A DNA stretch of 64,000 nucleotides from an uncultured Bdellovibrio sp. GTDB lineage: Bacteria; Bdellovibrionota; Bdellovibrionia; Bdellovibrionales; Bdellovibrionaceae. The notes below the pieces were generated by a model, which was not told the origin of the DNA, made no database searches, and saw only the letters and a program-made list of their open reading frames with translations. Made by a program: the position numbers and the translations under genes. The stretch spans positions 192,001 to 256,000 of the forward strand of contig CAWVRN010000001.1 of the NCBI GenBank assembly GCA_963932905.1, given 5' to 3'. Shown piece by piece: positions 11,743 through 22,578 of this stretch; within the stretch, counting starts at the first letter, position 1, and each line of letters opens with the position of its first letter.

Positions 11743-12562
11743 CTAACGCAGGATTAGATTTGATACTGTAGTTCTTTTTCAACTTTTCCATGTATTCGTC
11801 GAAAATCTTTTTACGTTTTTCTTCAAATACGGACAGGCGAACCGCACGTTTACTTGCATTTTCATACGTGCGTTTATCCGTGATTTTGATGATGTGGAAA
11901 CCAAATTGAGTTTCAATTAAACCCTTAATATCTCCGGGTTTACCCGATAGTGCCGCATCGTAAAGTTGAGGCACAATAGTTAAGCGAGATTGCCAGCCAG
12001 CGTCCCCGCCGACTTGTTTTGACAAAGGATCGTCAGAATATAATTTAACTAACTCAGGGAACGGTCGTTTTGATTTTTTAACTTCGTCGAAAACTTTATT
12101 AGCACGATCTAAAGCCTCTTGGCGCTGTTCAGGTGTTGGGTTCGGCTTTAGTTCGAATAAAATGTGGCTAAAACGAACTTCTGGATTACGTTTATAGTGT
12201 TCCACCATTTCTGCTTCGGTGATCGGCATGTTTTGAACTTTCATACCGAGTTCCTTTTCGAGAAGACCTTTGTAAAGTTCGCGTCTCATGGCATCGCGAA
12301 CGATTGGGTCGCGATCTAAGTTTCTTTTTTCAGCTTCTTGTACACCGACTTCGAAGCGAATTAGTTCTTCAAGAAATTGTTTTTTAGTAGGGAGTGGATT
12401 TACAGAGTTTTTAAAAGCTTGATTGAATTTATCGTTGAAGTCTTTAACAGTTATCTTTGTATTTCCAATGGTTGCTACTACTTCATCTGCTTTTTTCTGT
12501 CCGTAAGAAAATACGGAACACATAATGGCTCCAGATAAAATAACCCATGCGAACTTAGGCAT
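11735..12562 (-). CDS. PpiC-type PPIase
   Basis: Signal peptide; SHIL, LYSDD, GGDAG and ETQFGFHIIK parvulin motifs. Confidence 0.9.
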   Translation of the reverse strand: MPKFAWVILSGAIMCSVFSYGQKKADEVVATIGNTKITVKDFNDKFNQAFKNSVNPLPTKKQFLEELIRFEVGVQEAEKRNLDRDPIVRDAMRRELYKGLLEKELGMKVQNMPITEAEMVEHYKRNPEVRFSHILFELKPNPTPEQRQEALDRANKVFDEVKKSKRPFPELVKLYSDDPLSKQVGGDAGWQSRLTIVPQLYDAALSGKPGDIKGLIETQFGFHIIKITDKRTYENASKRAVRLSVFEEKRKKIFDEYMEKLKKNYSIKSNPALVE

Positions 12563-12627
12563 TTAAAAATCCTTTTTTAAAATTTTATATCGCGTACTTA
12601 AAATGGTTCTCTTAAAATCTAACACCG

Positions 12628-13287
12628 TTATTTAGAGTGATCAAACAGTTCCTTGGCCTTTGATCTAGCTGAAATCAGAAGTGATTCGGCCTCTTCTAAT
12701 AATTTTGGATCTCGAGGGTCTTGATCTTTACCGTAAGGGCCGAAAGGTCCTAGCCAAAGGATATCGATTTTTGCAAAAGGCTTTGGCAAAAATGTTTTGT
12801 TCCATGATTTTGGAAAATGAATCGCGCGGTCACAGTGAACGCCGCCATAATAAATATATCCATCGACTAATCGTGAAACTTCAAACACGCCCGGTTTAAC
12901 TTTGAAAATAGGTCCACGCGGTCCATCAACCGCCATGCTGGCGTTGTAGTGATCTTTTTTCATCAATTTAACTAGACCTTTAAGAGCTTCGACAGCACCT
13001 CGGGACGAAGAACCTCGCGATGTGGCCCCGCCCAATAGGCGAATGATCATACTCATCATCTCGCCGTCTTTGCTTTTAGATGACATGGTCGAAATACGAT
13101 AACGACCTACCAATTGTAACAAAGAAATTTCATCGCCATGAAAATGTGCGAAAATAATGGGCTTACTTTTATCGACTAATGTTTTTTTAAGCTCCGGCGG
13201 TTCGTGTAAACGCAACCGCCAGGTAAATGACAAAGATTTATAGATAATCCAGACAAGTGTAGAGAGAAAATACTTTCTAAATATCAA
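12628..13287 (-). CDS. DUF374 / lysophospholipid acyltransferase-like protein
   Basis: FHG, SKSKDGE, RGSSSRG, VDGPRGP and SW..LPKPF motifs. Confidence 0.85.
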   Translation of the reverse strand: MIFRKYFLSTLVWIIYKSLSFTWRLRLHEPPELKKTLVDKSKPIIFAHFHGDEISLLQLVGRYRISTMSSKSKDGEMMSMIIRLLGGATSRGSSSRGAVEALKGLVKLMKKDHYNASMAVDGPRGPIFKVKPGVFEVSRLVDGYIYYGGVHCDRAIHFPKSWNKTFLPKPFAKIDILWLGPFGPYGKDQDPRDPKLLEEAESLLISARSKAKELFDHSK

Positions 13288-13303
13288 TTCAGAGTTCCCG
13301 CAA

Positions 13304-14272
13304 TTACTTATGAAGTAATTTTTTAAATTCTTCAGTTAATTTAGGCACCACTTCAAACAAGTCACCTACGATACCATAAGTGGCTTTTTGAAAGATCGGC
13401 GCATTTGGATCATTGTTGATTGCAACAATAACTTTACTGCCCGTCATACCTGCCAAATGCTGAATCGCTCCTGAGATACCGACAGCGATATACAAGGTTG
13501 GAGCTACCGTTTTACCGGTTTGACCTACTTGCATGGAATGGCTAACCCAACCGGAGTCCACAACAGCACGTGATGCACCAACAGTAGCGCCAAGCACGTT
13601 CGCCATGTCTTCCAGCATTTTGAAATTTCCAGCTTCTTTTAAACCGCGGCCACCTGAAACAATAATGTTTGCTTCCGTTAAATCTAGTTTTTCAGACGCA
13701 CCCTTAACGACCTCTTTCAAAATCGTTTTCAAATCTACTGCGGGTAAAGCTAGCGTTTTCACGGCGCTTGCATTGGAAGAACCAGCTGCCGCAACTGGAA
13801 GTTGATTGGCGCGCATTAACACGATTTGAACTGGCGAATCTTTTAAGGTTACTTGTGCAAATGCTTTTCCTGCGTACAAAGGTTTTTTAGCTACAAAAGC
13901 ATCGCCGTCTACACTTAAAGCAACACAATCACTGGCTAGAGATGAATCAAGTCGTGCCGCTAAACGTGGGAACACGTCTTTGCCTGCCGATGACGCTGGA
14001 GCCAGAACATGTTTAGCTCCCGATTGTTTAATAGCAGCCTCTAAAGCCGCTAAATATAACTCTGGGTTATAGCCGTTAAGCTTAACATCGTTGAAAAGCA
14101 ACACTTCAGAAGCGCCATTGGCCGTTGCTTGTTCTGCGGCTTTTTGACCGTCAGCACCCAATACGACGCCGACAACGTCAAAGTTTTTAGACTTTCCGAA
14201 TTGAAGAAGTTCAATGGAGCTTCTTTTTAAGTTTTGATTTTGGTGTTCGCAAAAAACGATTAATTTACTCAT
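13304..14272 (-). CDS. etfA: electron transfer flavoprotein alpha subunit
   Basis: VSGGRG, GASRAVVD, QVGQTGK, GISGAIQH. Confidence 0.96.
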   Translation of the reverse strand: MSKLIVFCEHQNQNLKRSSIELLQFGKSKNFDVVGVVLGADGQKAAEQATANGASEVLLFNDVKLNGYNPELYLAALEAAIKQSGAKHVLAPASSAGKDVFPRLAARLDSSLASDCVALSVDGDAFVAKKPLYAGKAFAQVTLKDSPVQIVLMRANQLPVAAAGSSNASAVKTLALPAVDLKTILKEVVKGASEKLDLTEANIIVSGGRGLKEAGNFKMLEDMANVLGATVGASRAVVDSGWVSHSMQVGQTGKTVAPTLYIAVGISGAIQHLAGMTGSKVIVAINNDPNAPIFQKATYGIVGDLFEVVPKLTEEFKKLLHK

Positions 14273-14283
14273 AATAATTTCCT

Positions 14284-15054
14284 TTATAGAACTTTAGCTT
14301 CGTCGCGAAGCAAGCGAGCTAATTCTTGAGCCTGAGCCGAAGCATCGCCAGTGATCATTTTTACAGCAGTTTTGTCATCTGGCATGGTGAAGTTAGAGGC
14401 TTTCGATCTGCTAGCCCCTGCCGCCAATGTTTCTGCTTCGTATTCTTTTAAAACTTTTTTCTTAGCTTTCATGATGCCCGGAAGACTAGCATAGCGAGGC
14501 ATGTTTAAACCCTTGTTCGCTGTCAGTACGCAGGGAAGGGGGACTTCGAAAACTTCCTTAGCCCCGCCTTCTATATCGCGCTCAACTTTAGCGGTTGTGC
14601 CCGAAAGTTCTAATTTGCTGACGACACTCACGTGAGGAAGACCAAGTAACTCAGCGACCATGGGGCCAACCGAACTGCCGTTGTCATCAATTGCTAGTTT
14701 ACCTAGCAAAAGAAGGTCGCAACCACCCTCAGTTTTGATAGCTGCGGCTAGCGCCTTGGCAACGCCCAAGTTATCTAGCTCGGTGTTTGAGTTAACTACT
14801 ACGCCTTCGTCGCAACCCATAGCCAGCGCGGTTCTTAGGACCTCAGAGGCTCTTTGTTTCGGACCCAATGTGATCGCAAAAACGGTAGTTCCCGGGTTTT
14901 TTTCCTTAATTTTCACGGCTTCTTCGATAGCGAATTCATCGTATGGGTTTACGATCCATTTAACTCCGGTCAAATCAACACCGGCGGCATTAGGAAGAAG
15001 TTTGATTTTAGTTTCCGTATCAGGAACCTGCTTGATTCCGACAAAAATTTTCAT
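14284..15054 (-). CDS. etfB: electron transfer flavoprotein beta subunit
   Basis: KQVPDT, NPYDEFAIEEA, ALAMG, PRYASL. Confidence 0.96.
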   Translation of the reverse strand: MKIFVGIKQVPDTETKIKLLPNAAGVDLTGVKWIVNPYDEFAIEEAVKIKEKNPGTTVFAITLGPKQRASEVLRTALAMGCDEGVVVNSNTELDNLGVAKALAAAIKTEGGCDLLLLGKLAIDDNGSSVGPMVAELLGLPHVSVVSKLELSGTTAKVERDIEGGAKEVFEVPLPCVLTANKGLNMPRYASLPGIMKAKKKVLKEYEAETLAAGASRSKASNFTMPDDKTAVKMITGDASAQAQELARLLRDEAKVL

Positions 15055-15264
15055 AAAGTTCCTTTCAGAAAAGGGATCATGTTAAACGCTAGACTTATTA
15101 CTTAAAACTCATCAGGGAAATAGGCAATGTTTGAATGTCTATTCTTCATTTTTTTCTTTGCTTGTTGGTGCGAAGCGTGGTGCTTGTCCGTTATAGAGAA
15201 AATTTTAGACAAATTTTGATCTAAGCTGTACTTTAAATGAAAACTAAAAGACAAGAGGAAAACA

Positions 15265-15936
15265 ATGGTTTCTTTCATTCAATCGACCGTGGGAAAAAAG
15301 TATCTCATGGGACTTAGCGGCCTGGTTTGGGCCGGATTTATTTTTGGGCACATGGCCGGCAACATGACTATTTTAGTCAGTCCTGATCTGTACAATGCCT
15401 ATGGACACTCAATCGTAAGCAATAAAATTTTGCTTTATGGAACAGAGATCGCTCTGGTTTCAGCGCTTTTGGTGCACGTAATTTTAGCTGTTTTGCTGAC
15501 CAAGCAAAATCGCCAATCGCGTGGAACTCGTTATGCGTCTAAACCAAATGGCGAAAAGGGGGCTTCGTTTGCGTCTGAATGGATGGCGGTTCATGGCTCG
15601 ATCATTTTGGTTTTTATTATTTCACACTTGGTGACGTTTAAATACGGTCCTTATTATGAAACAACAGTAAATGGCGTTGTGATGCGCGATCTGGCGCGAT
15701 TGATTTACGAAGTTTTCTCTAATCCAGGTGCTGTGGGTTGGTACTTAATATCGCTGGTGTTACTAGGTTTCCATTTAACTCACGGTGTGCGCTCGATTTT
15801 CCAATCGTTTGGACTTTTGCATCCGGCGTATCAGCCAGTGATCAGAAAAGCGGGAGTCATTTATTCAATTGTGGTTGCGGGTGGATTTATTTCTCAACCG
15901 CTTTTTGTATTCTTAACCCGCGCAGTGGCCGCATAA
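15265..15936 (+). CDS. sdhC: succinate dehydrogenase cytochrome b subunit
   Basis: STVGKK, HMAGN, five TM helices with heme-ligand His (HL, HLTHG); upstream of sdhA. Confidence 0.92.
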   Translation: MVSFIQSTVGKKYLMGLSGLVWAGFIFGHMAGNMTILVSPDLYNAYGHSIVSNKILLYGTEIALVSALLVHVILAVLLTKQNRQSRGTRYASKPNGEKGASFASEWMAVHGSIILVFIISHLVTFKYGPYYETTVNGVVMRDLARLIYEVFSNPGAVGWYLISLVLLGFHLTHGVRSIFQSFGLLHPAYQPVIRKAGVIYSIVVAGGFISQPLFVFLTRAVAA

Positions 15937-15949
15937 TCGGGAGAAAAAA

Positions 15950-17869
15950 ATGGCAACAAATAGTAAATTAGATAGTAAAATTCCGGGTGGTCCAGTTGAA
16001 ACTATGTGGGAAGACTACAAGTTTAAAATGAAACTTGTGAACCCCGCCAACAAGAAAAAACATTCCGTGATCGTTGTAGGCACAGGCCTGGCTGGCGCAT
16101 CGGCCGCAGCTTCTCTGGGCGAGATGGGTTACAAAGTTAAAGCGTTCTGCGTTCATGAATCTCCGCGCCGAGCCCATTCAGTGGCCGCCCAAGGCGGTAT
16201 TAATGCTGCTAAAAATTATCAAAATGATGGTGATTCTGTTCATCGTTTATTTTATGACACAATAAAAGGCGGTGACTTCCGAGCGCGTGAGGCCAACGTT
16301 CATCGTTTAGCTGAAGTTTCTACTTCGATCATCGACACGTGCGTAGCTCAAGGTGTTCCTTTTGCTCGTGAGTACGGCGGAACATTATCAAATCGTTCAT
16401 TCGGCGGCGCTCAAGTTTCTAGAACATTCTATGCTCGCGGACAAACAGGTCAGCAGTTGTTGATTGGTGCCTATTCAGCGATGATGAGACAGGTTGATGT
16501 TGGACAAGTGGATTTATACACTCGTCGTGAAATGCTAGATGTCGTTGTCGTTGATGGCAAAGCTCGCGGTATCACGGTTAGAAATTTACTGACGGGTGAG
16601 ATTGAATCTCACGAAGCAGATGTTGTTGTTCTGGCGACAGGTGGATACTCAAATGTATTCTACCTTTCTACAAACGCAATGGCGTGTGCGGTAACTGCGG
16701 CTTGGAAGGCGCACAAAAAAGGCTCTTTCTTTGCGAATCCTTGTTACACTCAAATCCATCCGACTTGTATTCCCGTTCATGGGGAGAACCAATCTAAGTT
16801 AACGTTGATGTCTGAATCATTACGTAATGACGGACGCGTTTGGGTTCCAAAAAATAAAAATGAAACTCGCGCAGCGAAAGATATTCCTGAAAGCGAAAGA
16901 GATTACTACCTAGAGCGCATCTACCCTAGTTTCGGGAACTTGGCTCCTCGTGACGTGGCGTCTCGTCAGGCTAAGTTTCGCTGTGATGAGGGATTTGGTG
17001 TTCAGGGACAAAATGCAGTTTACCTAGATTTCGGTGATGCAATTAAACGTTACGGCGAAGATAAAATCGCGGAACGTTATGGTAACTTGTTTCAAATGTA
17101 CGATAAAATCACGGGCGAAAACCCATATAAAATGCCGATGAAAATTTATCCAGCACCTCACTACACAATGGGTGGTTTGTGGGTAGATTACAATTTGATG
17201 AGTACAATTCCAGGGCTATTCGTTGCAGGTGAAGCGAACTTCTCGGATCATGGCGCGAATCGTTTGGGTGCTTCGGCGTTGATGCAAGGCTTGGCGGATG
17301 GATATTTTGTTCTGCCGTACACGATCGGTGATTATATCGCCAACACGAAATTAGATAAAGTTTCGACGGATAAATCTGAATTTAAAGATTCTAAAAATGC
17401 AGTGGAAACAGAAATCAGCAAGCTAATGAATATCAAAGGGGCCCGCACTGTGGAAAGCTTCCACAAAGAACTTGGCCGCGTAATGTGGGACAAGTGCGGA
17501 ATGTCTAGAACTGCAGGTGGTTTAACAGAAGCGATTAAACAAATCGGAAAAATCAAAGAAGAGTTCTGGCAAAACCTTAGAATTCCAGGTGCCGCTGCTG
17601 AGTTAAATAACGAACTCGAAAAGGCCGGGCGCGTAGCCGATTACATCGAGCTGGGTGAACTAATGTGCCGTGACGCTCTAGAAAGACAAGAGTCTTGCGG
17701 CGGTCACTTCCGTGAAGAATATCAAGAAAATGGTGAGGCGAAGCGTGATGACGAAAAATTCTGTCACGTGGCTGCTTGGGAATGGAATGGGGCTAACAAA
17801 CCACAAACTCGCAATACAGAAGAGTTAAAGTTTGAAAACGTTAAACTCGCTACAAGAAGTTACAAATAG
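15950..17869 (+). CDS. sdhA: succinate dehydrogenase/fumarate reductase flavoprotein
   Basis: [16 protein letters not shown] covalent-FAD motif, QIHPT, HYTMGG, HGANRLG. Confidence 0.97.
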   Translation: MATNSKLDSKIPGGPVETMWEDYKFKMKLVNPANKKKHSVIVVGTGLAGASAAASLGEMGYKVKAFCVHESPRRAHSVAAQGGINAAKNYQNDGDSVHRLFYDTIKGGDFRAREANVHRLAEVSTSIIDTCVAQGVPFAREYGGTLSNRSFGGAQVSRTFYARGQTGQQLLIGAYSAMMRQVDVGQVDLYTRREMLDVVVVDGKARGITVRNLLTGEIESHEADVVVLATGGYSNVFYLSTNAMACAVTAAWKAHKKGSFFANPCYTQIHPTCIPVHGENQSKLTLMSESLRNDGRVWVPKNKNETRAAKDIPESERDYYLERIYPSFGNLAPRDVASRQAKFRCDEGFGVQGQNAVYLDFGDAIKRYGEDKIAERYGNLFQMYDKITGENPYKMPMKIYPAPHYTMGGLWVDYNLMSTIPGLFVAGEANFSDHGANRLGASALMQGLADGYFVLPYTIGDYIANTKLDKVSTDKSEFKDSKNAVETEISKLMNIKGARTVESFHKELGRVMWDKCGMSRTAGGLTEAIKQIGKIKEEFWQNLRIPGAAAELNNELEKAGRVADYIELGELMCRDALERQESCGGHFREEYQENGEAKRDDEKFCHVAAWEWNGANKPQTRNTEELKFENVKLATRSYK

Positions 17870-17877
17870 AGGGAATT

Positions 17878-18666
17878 ATGGCTGAAAAAAATATTACGAT
17901 TACACTTAAAGTTTGGCGCCAAAAAAACCAACGAGAAGCCGGAGCATTTAAAGAATACGTTGCTAAAAACGTTTCAACAGATGCGTCTTTCCTTGAGATG
18001 CTGGATGCGGTTAACGAAGAGTTAATTTCTAAAGGCGACGATCCGATCGCGTTTGACCACGACTGCCGTGAAGGTATTTGTGGAAGTTGTGGTTTCATGA
18101 TCAACGGTAATGCCCACGGTCCTTTGAAATCAACAACAGTATGTCAACTTCACATGAGAAATTTTAACGACGGTGATTTTTTAACTCTTGAACCTTGGCG
18201 TGCCCAAGCGTTTCCATTGATCAAAGATTTAACGGTAGACCGGTCAGCGCTTGATCGCATCATTCGTTCTGGCGGCTATATTTCTGTAAATACAGGAAAT
18301 GCTCCAGATGGTAATGCAATCATGATCCCGAAAACCGCTGCTGACGAGGCATTTAATGCTGCCACATGTATCGGGTGTGGTGCTTGCGTAGCTTCTTGCA
18401 AAAATGCATCAGCTGCACTTTTTACTTCTGCGAAGATTTCTCATTTAGGCTTACTACCTCAGGGTGCGGTTGAGGGTGAAAAACGGGCGCTAAAGATGGT
18501 TGGGCAAATGGACAAAGAAGGCTTTGGAGCTTGCACTAGTACTGGGTCTTGTTCAGCGTCTTGCCCTAAGGATATTAGCCTAACGAACATTGCTCGTATG
18601 AACAGAGACTATATGAAAGCCTCGTTTTCTAAGAAACCAGAGACTCATGCGGGAGACGGCGTATAG
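17878..18666 (+). CDS. sdhB: succinate dehydrogenase iron-sulfur subunit
   Basis: [32 protein letters not shown]. Confidence 0.97.
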   Translation: MAEKNITITLKVWRQKNQREAGAFKEYVAKNVSTDASFLEMLDAVNEELISKGDDPIAFDHDCREGICGSCGFMINGNAHGPLKSTTVCQLHMRNFNDGDFLTLEPWRAQAFPLIKDLTVDRSALDRIIRSGGYISVNTGNAPDGNAIMIPKTAADEAFNAATCIGCGACVASCKNASAALFTSAKISHLGLLPQGAVEGEKRALKMVGQMDKEGFGACTSTGSCSASCPKDISLTNIARMNRDYMKASFSKKPETHAGDGV

Positions 18667-18766
18667 TCGAACGTCTAAATAACGTCGATGTTGTAGAAAA
18701 CTGACATGTCAATGGTCCCCGAACCTTCTATCTTTTATATATAGAGATAGTTTTGGGGGACCAACC

Positions 18767-20401
18767 ATGCGTATTTTTTTCTTTCTTCTGTTGTCTATTG
18801 CAGCCACTGCTAACGAGACAAAACCAACTTCAGTTCCAGGCGAATATGTTGTTAAGTTTAAAACTAGCAACAAAAGTTCGCTTTCTTTGATGGCCAATCA
18901 AATGAAAGAGCAGACGGGATTGGAAGTAAAAGCTTTGATTCCCTCAATGAACGTTTCTGTTTTTAAAGGAAATGGCGAAAAACTAAACCTCAAATACTTC
19001 AAACGAGCGAATCCAAACATAGAAATTATTGAACCCAACTTTATCTATTCCATAAATCAAGTACAGGGGACGAAACCAAACGATCCAAACTTGTCGAAAC
19101 TTTGGGGTATGTTGAATATCGGACAACCCGATTCAACTGGTCAAGTCGGCATTCCTGGGGTGGATATTAATGCTACTAAAGCATGGTCAGTTCAAACGGG
19201 ATCATCGGATGTGATCGTTGCTGTAATCGATACGGGCGTTAATTATAAAAGCAAAGATTTAGCTGATAATATGTGGATTAACCTAGCCGAGAAAAACGGG
19301 AAGAAGGGTGTTGATGACGATAACAACGGATACGTTGACGATATTTACGGTTGGAACTTTGTTCCAGGCGCAAAGAATCCATCGGACCCATTAGATGACC
19401 AAGGTCATGGATCGCACTGCTCCGGAACTATTGGTGCTACCGGAAATGATAAATACGGCATTGTGGGCGTAGCTTGGAAAACGAAAATCATGGCGCTTAA
19501 GTTTTTAGGAGCCGACGGATCAGGCTCGCTAGATGGGGCTTTGCAGGCGATTGATTACGCAACTAAAAACGGCGCAAAAGTCCTTAGCAATTCATGGAGC
19601 GGTGGTGAATATTCTGAAATTCTAAAAGAGGCGATTGAGCGAACAAACAAAGCGGGAGCGATTTTCGTGGCGGCGGCTGGAAATAACTCGTCTAACAACG
19701 ACAAAGAAGAAAGGTACCCAGCCAACTATGATGTTCCTAATGTTCTCTCTGTTGCCGCAATTGATAACAGAGGTCAGCTAGCGAATTTCTCTAATTATGG
19801 TAAAACTAAAGTTCACATTGGTGCTCCGGGTGTAAATATTTATTCTACAATTCTTAAAGGCTATGATTCTTGGTCGGGAACTTCAATGGCGACTCCGCAT
19901 GTTTCAGGGGCGGCGGTTCTAGTAGCGTCTCAATACCCGACAATGACCGGTGTTCAAATAAAAGAAACGATTTTAAATGCAGCGAAACCAAACAAAGCAC
20001 TTAGAAATAAAGTTTCTACCGCAGGAAATTTAGATACATATGCGGCGCTCATTCAAACAAAAGTAGAACCTGATCCAGAAGATCCCTACAACTGGGCCAG
20101 TAAAATGGAATATCAATTATCGTCGGAACATCCATATAAACCAGAGCAAAAAAACACTTGGGAAATCAATGTTCCAAGCGCAAACAAGATAGCACTTTAT
20201 TTTGAAAAAACAGATATTGAGTTTAAATACGACACTATTAAACTCTATGATTCGACGGGAAAATTAGTTCAAATTATTACAGGCGACGCCAGTGATTCAT
20301 ATTCAGAGCCCATCACCGGCAACTATGTAAAAGTAGTCTTTGAAACGGACACATCAGTTGAAAAATATGGTTTTGATATCACTAAAATTAACTACAAATA
20401 G
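18767..20401 (+). CDS. secreted S8 subtilisin-like serine protease with C-terminal CUB-like domain
   Basis: Signal peptide, propeptide, triad DTG / HGSH / GTSMATP, oxyanion AAGN. C-terminus SEHPY...YD...FETDTSV..YGF is CUB-like. Confidence 0.93.
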   Translation: MRIFFFLLLSIAATANETKPTSVPGEYVVKFKTSNKSSLSLMANQMKEQTGLEVKALIPSMNVSVFKGNGEKLNLKYFKRANPNIEIIEPNFIYSINQVQGTKPNDPNLSKLWGMLNIGQPDSTGQVGIPGVDINATKAWSVQTGSSDVIVAVIDTGVNYKSKDLADNMWINLAEKNGKKGVDDDNNGYVDDIYGWNFVPGAKNPSDPLDDQGHGSHCSGTIGATGNDKYGIVGVAWKTKIMALKFLGADGSGSLDGALQAIDYATKNGAKVLSNSWSGGEYSEILKEAIERTNKAGAIFVAAAGNNSSNNDKEERYPANYDVPNVLSVAAIDNRGQLANFSNYGKTKVHIGAPGVNIYSTILKGYDSWSGTSMATPHVSGAAVLVASQYPTMTGVQIKETILNAAKPNKALRNKVSTAGNLDTYAALIQTKVEPDPEDPYNWASKMEYQLSSEHPYKPEQKNTWEINVPSANKIALYFEKTDIEFKYDTIKLYDSTGKLVQIITGDASDSYSEPITGNYVKVVFETDTSVEKYGFDITKINYK

Positions 20402-20414
20402 TTAACCGTCTCTA

Positions 20415-21533
20415 CTACCCGCCGCCAAAATCCGTAGGTGGTGGTGTTACCAGTTTGCATGTATTAGATACGAATTGAATGTATCCATTGCGGCACAAGA
20501 AATTGATACTGCCTTCGTAAGTCCGAGTTGTCCCATATCCGTCGCCGCGGCGATAATAACATTTGTGCGTACTATTCGTTGCGCATTCGGATGTGTGAAT
20601 CGTAGGAACATCAGTCGAGCATTCTATTGAGAAGTTCTGGTTATTAGAAACATCGGTACCTAGTGTGAAATAACTAAAACCAAGGCGACCGATTTGACCA
20701 ATAAAGTTTTGAAGCTGCATCATTTGAATGGTTGGATTATTTTGCGAAACTAACCATTTTATATTTCCACGATAAAACAAGTCGTTAAAGTAAGTGTAGC
20801 CGTCATTTGGATTTGTTCTAATAGATAGATCAATAAAATAATTTCCGCGACCACACAGTTTAGGTGTCATGCGAATTTGAGCTTTGGATGAAGTTAATTT
20901 AGATCCTGAACCATCAGTAACAATGACGTAGTAGTTACCTTCTTTATAAATACGATCAAGAACATCGGAATAGCTTTCATAGTGAACGGTTCCATATTTG
21001 GGAGCTAGTTTTTCGTTATCACGATACCATTCAAATGTATAAGGAGCGCGTCCACCCGAGATAGTAACGCCCACGAAAAATTCCGTACCTTCACCGATGG
21101 TTTTCGATGCGGGTTGAGTTTTAATTTTAAAGGTGGTATCGCCACTACTACCAATACCCGTGCCGCCGCCAGATCCCCCGCTACTGCCAGATCCGCTGCC
21201 ACAACCTAAACATGTTCCCGAGCCTGAACTCGAAGATCCACCCGATGAGCCACCACTGATAGAGCCGGCAGACCGACCATTAACTCCACCGAAACCGCTA
21301 GAGCTTGATGATGAGCTACCGCCAGTGATACCGCGTGCATTACCTGAATTTAAACCTGAACCAGATTTGCTGCCGGAAGACGAACCCGAGCCAAGAGTAG
21401 AAGATGAAGATTTATTTCCTGATGTAGACGAAGAATCAGGAGTCGAAGCGGTGCTTGGACCACTACAGTTTTGGAACGACACCATCAATACAGAAAATCC
21501 CAAAATGATTCTGACTTTTTTTAAATTCACCAA
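20415..21533 (-). CDS. lipoprotein with Gly/Ser linker, Ig-like domain and Cys-rich C-terminal domain
   Basis: SFQNC lipobox, about 105-aa Gly/Ser tract, I-set-like QPAS...FEWYRD...GNYYVIV. Confidence 0.8.
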   Translation of the reverse strand: MVNLKKVRIILGFSVLMVSFQNCSGPSTASTPDSSSTSGNKSSSSTLGSGSSSGSKSGSGLNSGNARGITGGSSSSSSSGFGGVNGRSAGSISGGSSGGSSSSGSGTCLGCGSGSGSSGGSGGGTGIGSSGDTTFKIKTQPASKTIGEGTEFFVGVTISGGRAPYTFEWYRDNEKLAPKYGTVHYESYSDVLDRIYKEGNYYVIVTDGSGSKLTSSKAQIRMTPKLCGRGNYFIDLSIRTNPNDGYTYFNDLFYRGNIKWLVSQNNPTIQMMQLQNFIGQIGRLGFSYFTLGTDVSNNQNFSIECSTDVPTIHTSECATNSTHKCYYRRGDGYGTTRTYEGSINFLCRNGYIQFVSNTCKLVTPPPTDFGGG

Positions 21534-21559
21534 TCCCCCACCCGAACAGTTTAATTAAG

Positions 21560-21575
21560 TGCAAACTAAGTTCCG
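21560..21575 (-). promoter_or_regulatory. putative sigma-54 (-24/-12) promoter
   Basis: Minus strand CGGAACTTAGTTTGCA = GG-N10-GC with TTGCA at -12, about 27 nt upstream of the lipoprotein start. Confidence 0.6.
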
Positions 21576-21588
21576 GGTCCACACCATT

Positions 21589-21615
21589 TTATCGGCTTAG
21601 ATAGGAGTGACTTTA
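21589..21615 (-). promoter_or_regulatory. putative sigma-28 (FliA) promoter
   Basis: Minus strand TAAA-N15-GCCGATAA, an exact match to the sigma-28 consensus. Confidence 0.8.
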
Positions 21616-21693
21616 AACACTGTCGAAAAAAACTACGACGTTTCAAAATGAGAACTCGAGGATTGTCTAAATTTCAAACACTAATGAAACAAT

Positions 21694-22578
21694 TTAGTTA
21701 TTTTTATCGACGCCAATCTTTAAGAATGAACGAATCTTTAGATTGATGTAATCAGGAAAGTCTAGCTGTGTACAGTGGCTGCCATAAGGAACTTCGACGT
21801 ACTCTGATTCGTGGATCTTGTTGGCCATTTCTTCTTGGTAGGACTTTGGCGTCACGTTGTCGTTTTCACCAGAGATAATGAGCGTAGGGACGTTTATATT
21901 TTCTAAAACTTTTTCGCCATTAAACTTCATCATGTCTTCAAATAAGCCCAAGAAAACCTGCAGATCTAGTTCTGCAACTCCTTTAGCGTACACTTCGATA
22001 TCTTTGAAGTGAGTTAGTTTTAAATTGAACCCGCCAACAAGAGCGACGGCTCGCATCGAGATTGGATTGTACACAGCGGCTTTCCAAATGCGCGTAAACA
22101 GCTCCGGAGAATTCTCAAACTGACTTTTTGCCCAATAGAAAAAAGGCTCCGCAAGATCTAAACCAAACATGCCTTTGATTGGGTTACGTGCAAATCCATT
22201 GATCAACGTGATACTTTTAAACCGTTCAGGGAATTGGTCAAACGCCGAAAAAATAACGGGCGCGCCAAAACTGTGGCCTGCAAAATGAGCCTTCTCAATT
22301 TTCAAATCATCTAAAATGGCCTCGATATCTTTCGCGGTGGACGCAATATTCAAATTATTTTTGTCGGCTACTGGATAGCTTTGGTGATGACCGCGCAAAT
22401 CAAAACAAATGACCTTATTGAATCGGCTAAAGTATTTTATCTGATGATGCCAGTGATTCATAAGGCATGCGATTCCGTAAACAAAAACAATCGGCTCACC
22501 CTGCCCGCGACATTCGTAATAAATTTCTGTTCCATCGAAACTTTTTATTTTTTTTGAAGATTTTTGAATTACGTCCAT
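21694..22578 (-). CDS. alpha/beta hydrolase
   Basis: FDLRGH, GHSFG nucleophile elbow, GENDNVTP acid, GSH His. Confidence 0.9.
   Translation of the reverse strand: MDVIQKSSKKIKSFDGTEIYYECRGQGEPIVFVYGIACLMNHWHHQIKYFSRFNKVICFDLRGHHQSYPVADKNNLNIASTAKDIEAILDDLKIEKAHFAGHSFGAPVIFSAFDQFPERFKSITLINGFARNPIKGMFGLDLAEPFFYWAKSQFENSPELFTRIWKAAVYNPISMRAVALVGGFNLKLTHFKDIEVYAKGVAELDLQVFLGLFEDMMKFNGEKVLENINVPTLIISGENDNVTPKSYQEEMANKIHESEYVEVPYGSHCTQLDFPDYINLKIRSFLKIGVDKNN

Noticed and set aside
21133..21558. 141-aa Pro-rich ORF on the + strand
   Set aside because: Antisense shadow of the Gly/Ser tract of the real minus-strand lipoprotein.
21621..21681. Degenerate GTCTnA...TnAGAC-like dyads in several intergenic regions
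   Set aside because: Too degenerate to support without genome-wide motif statistics.
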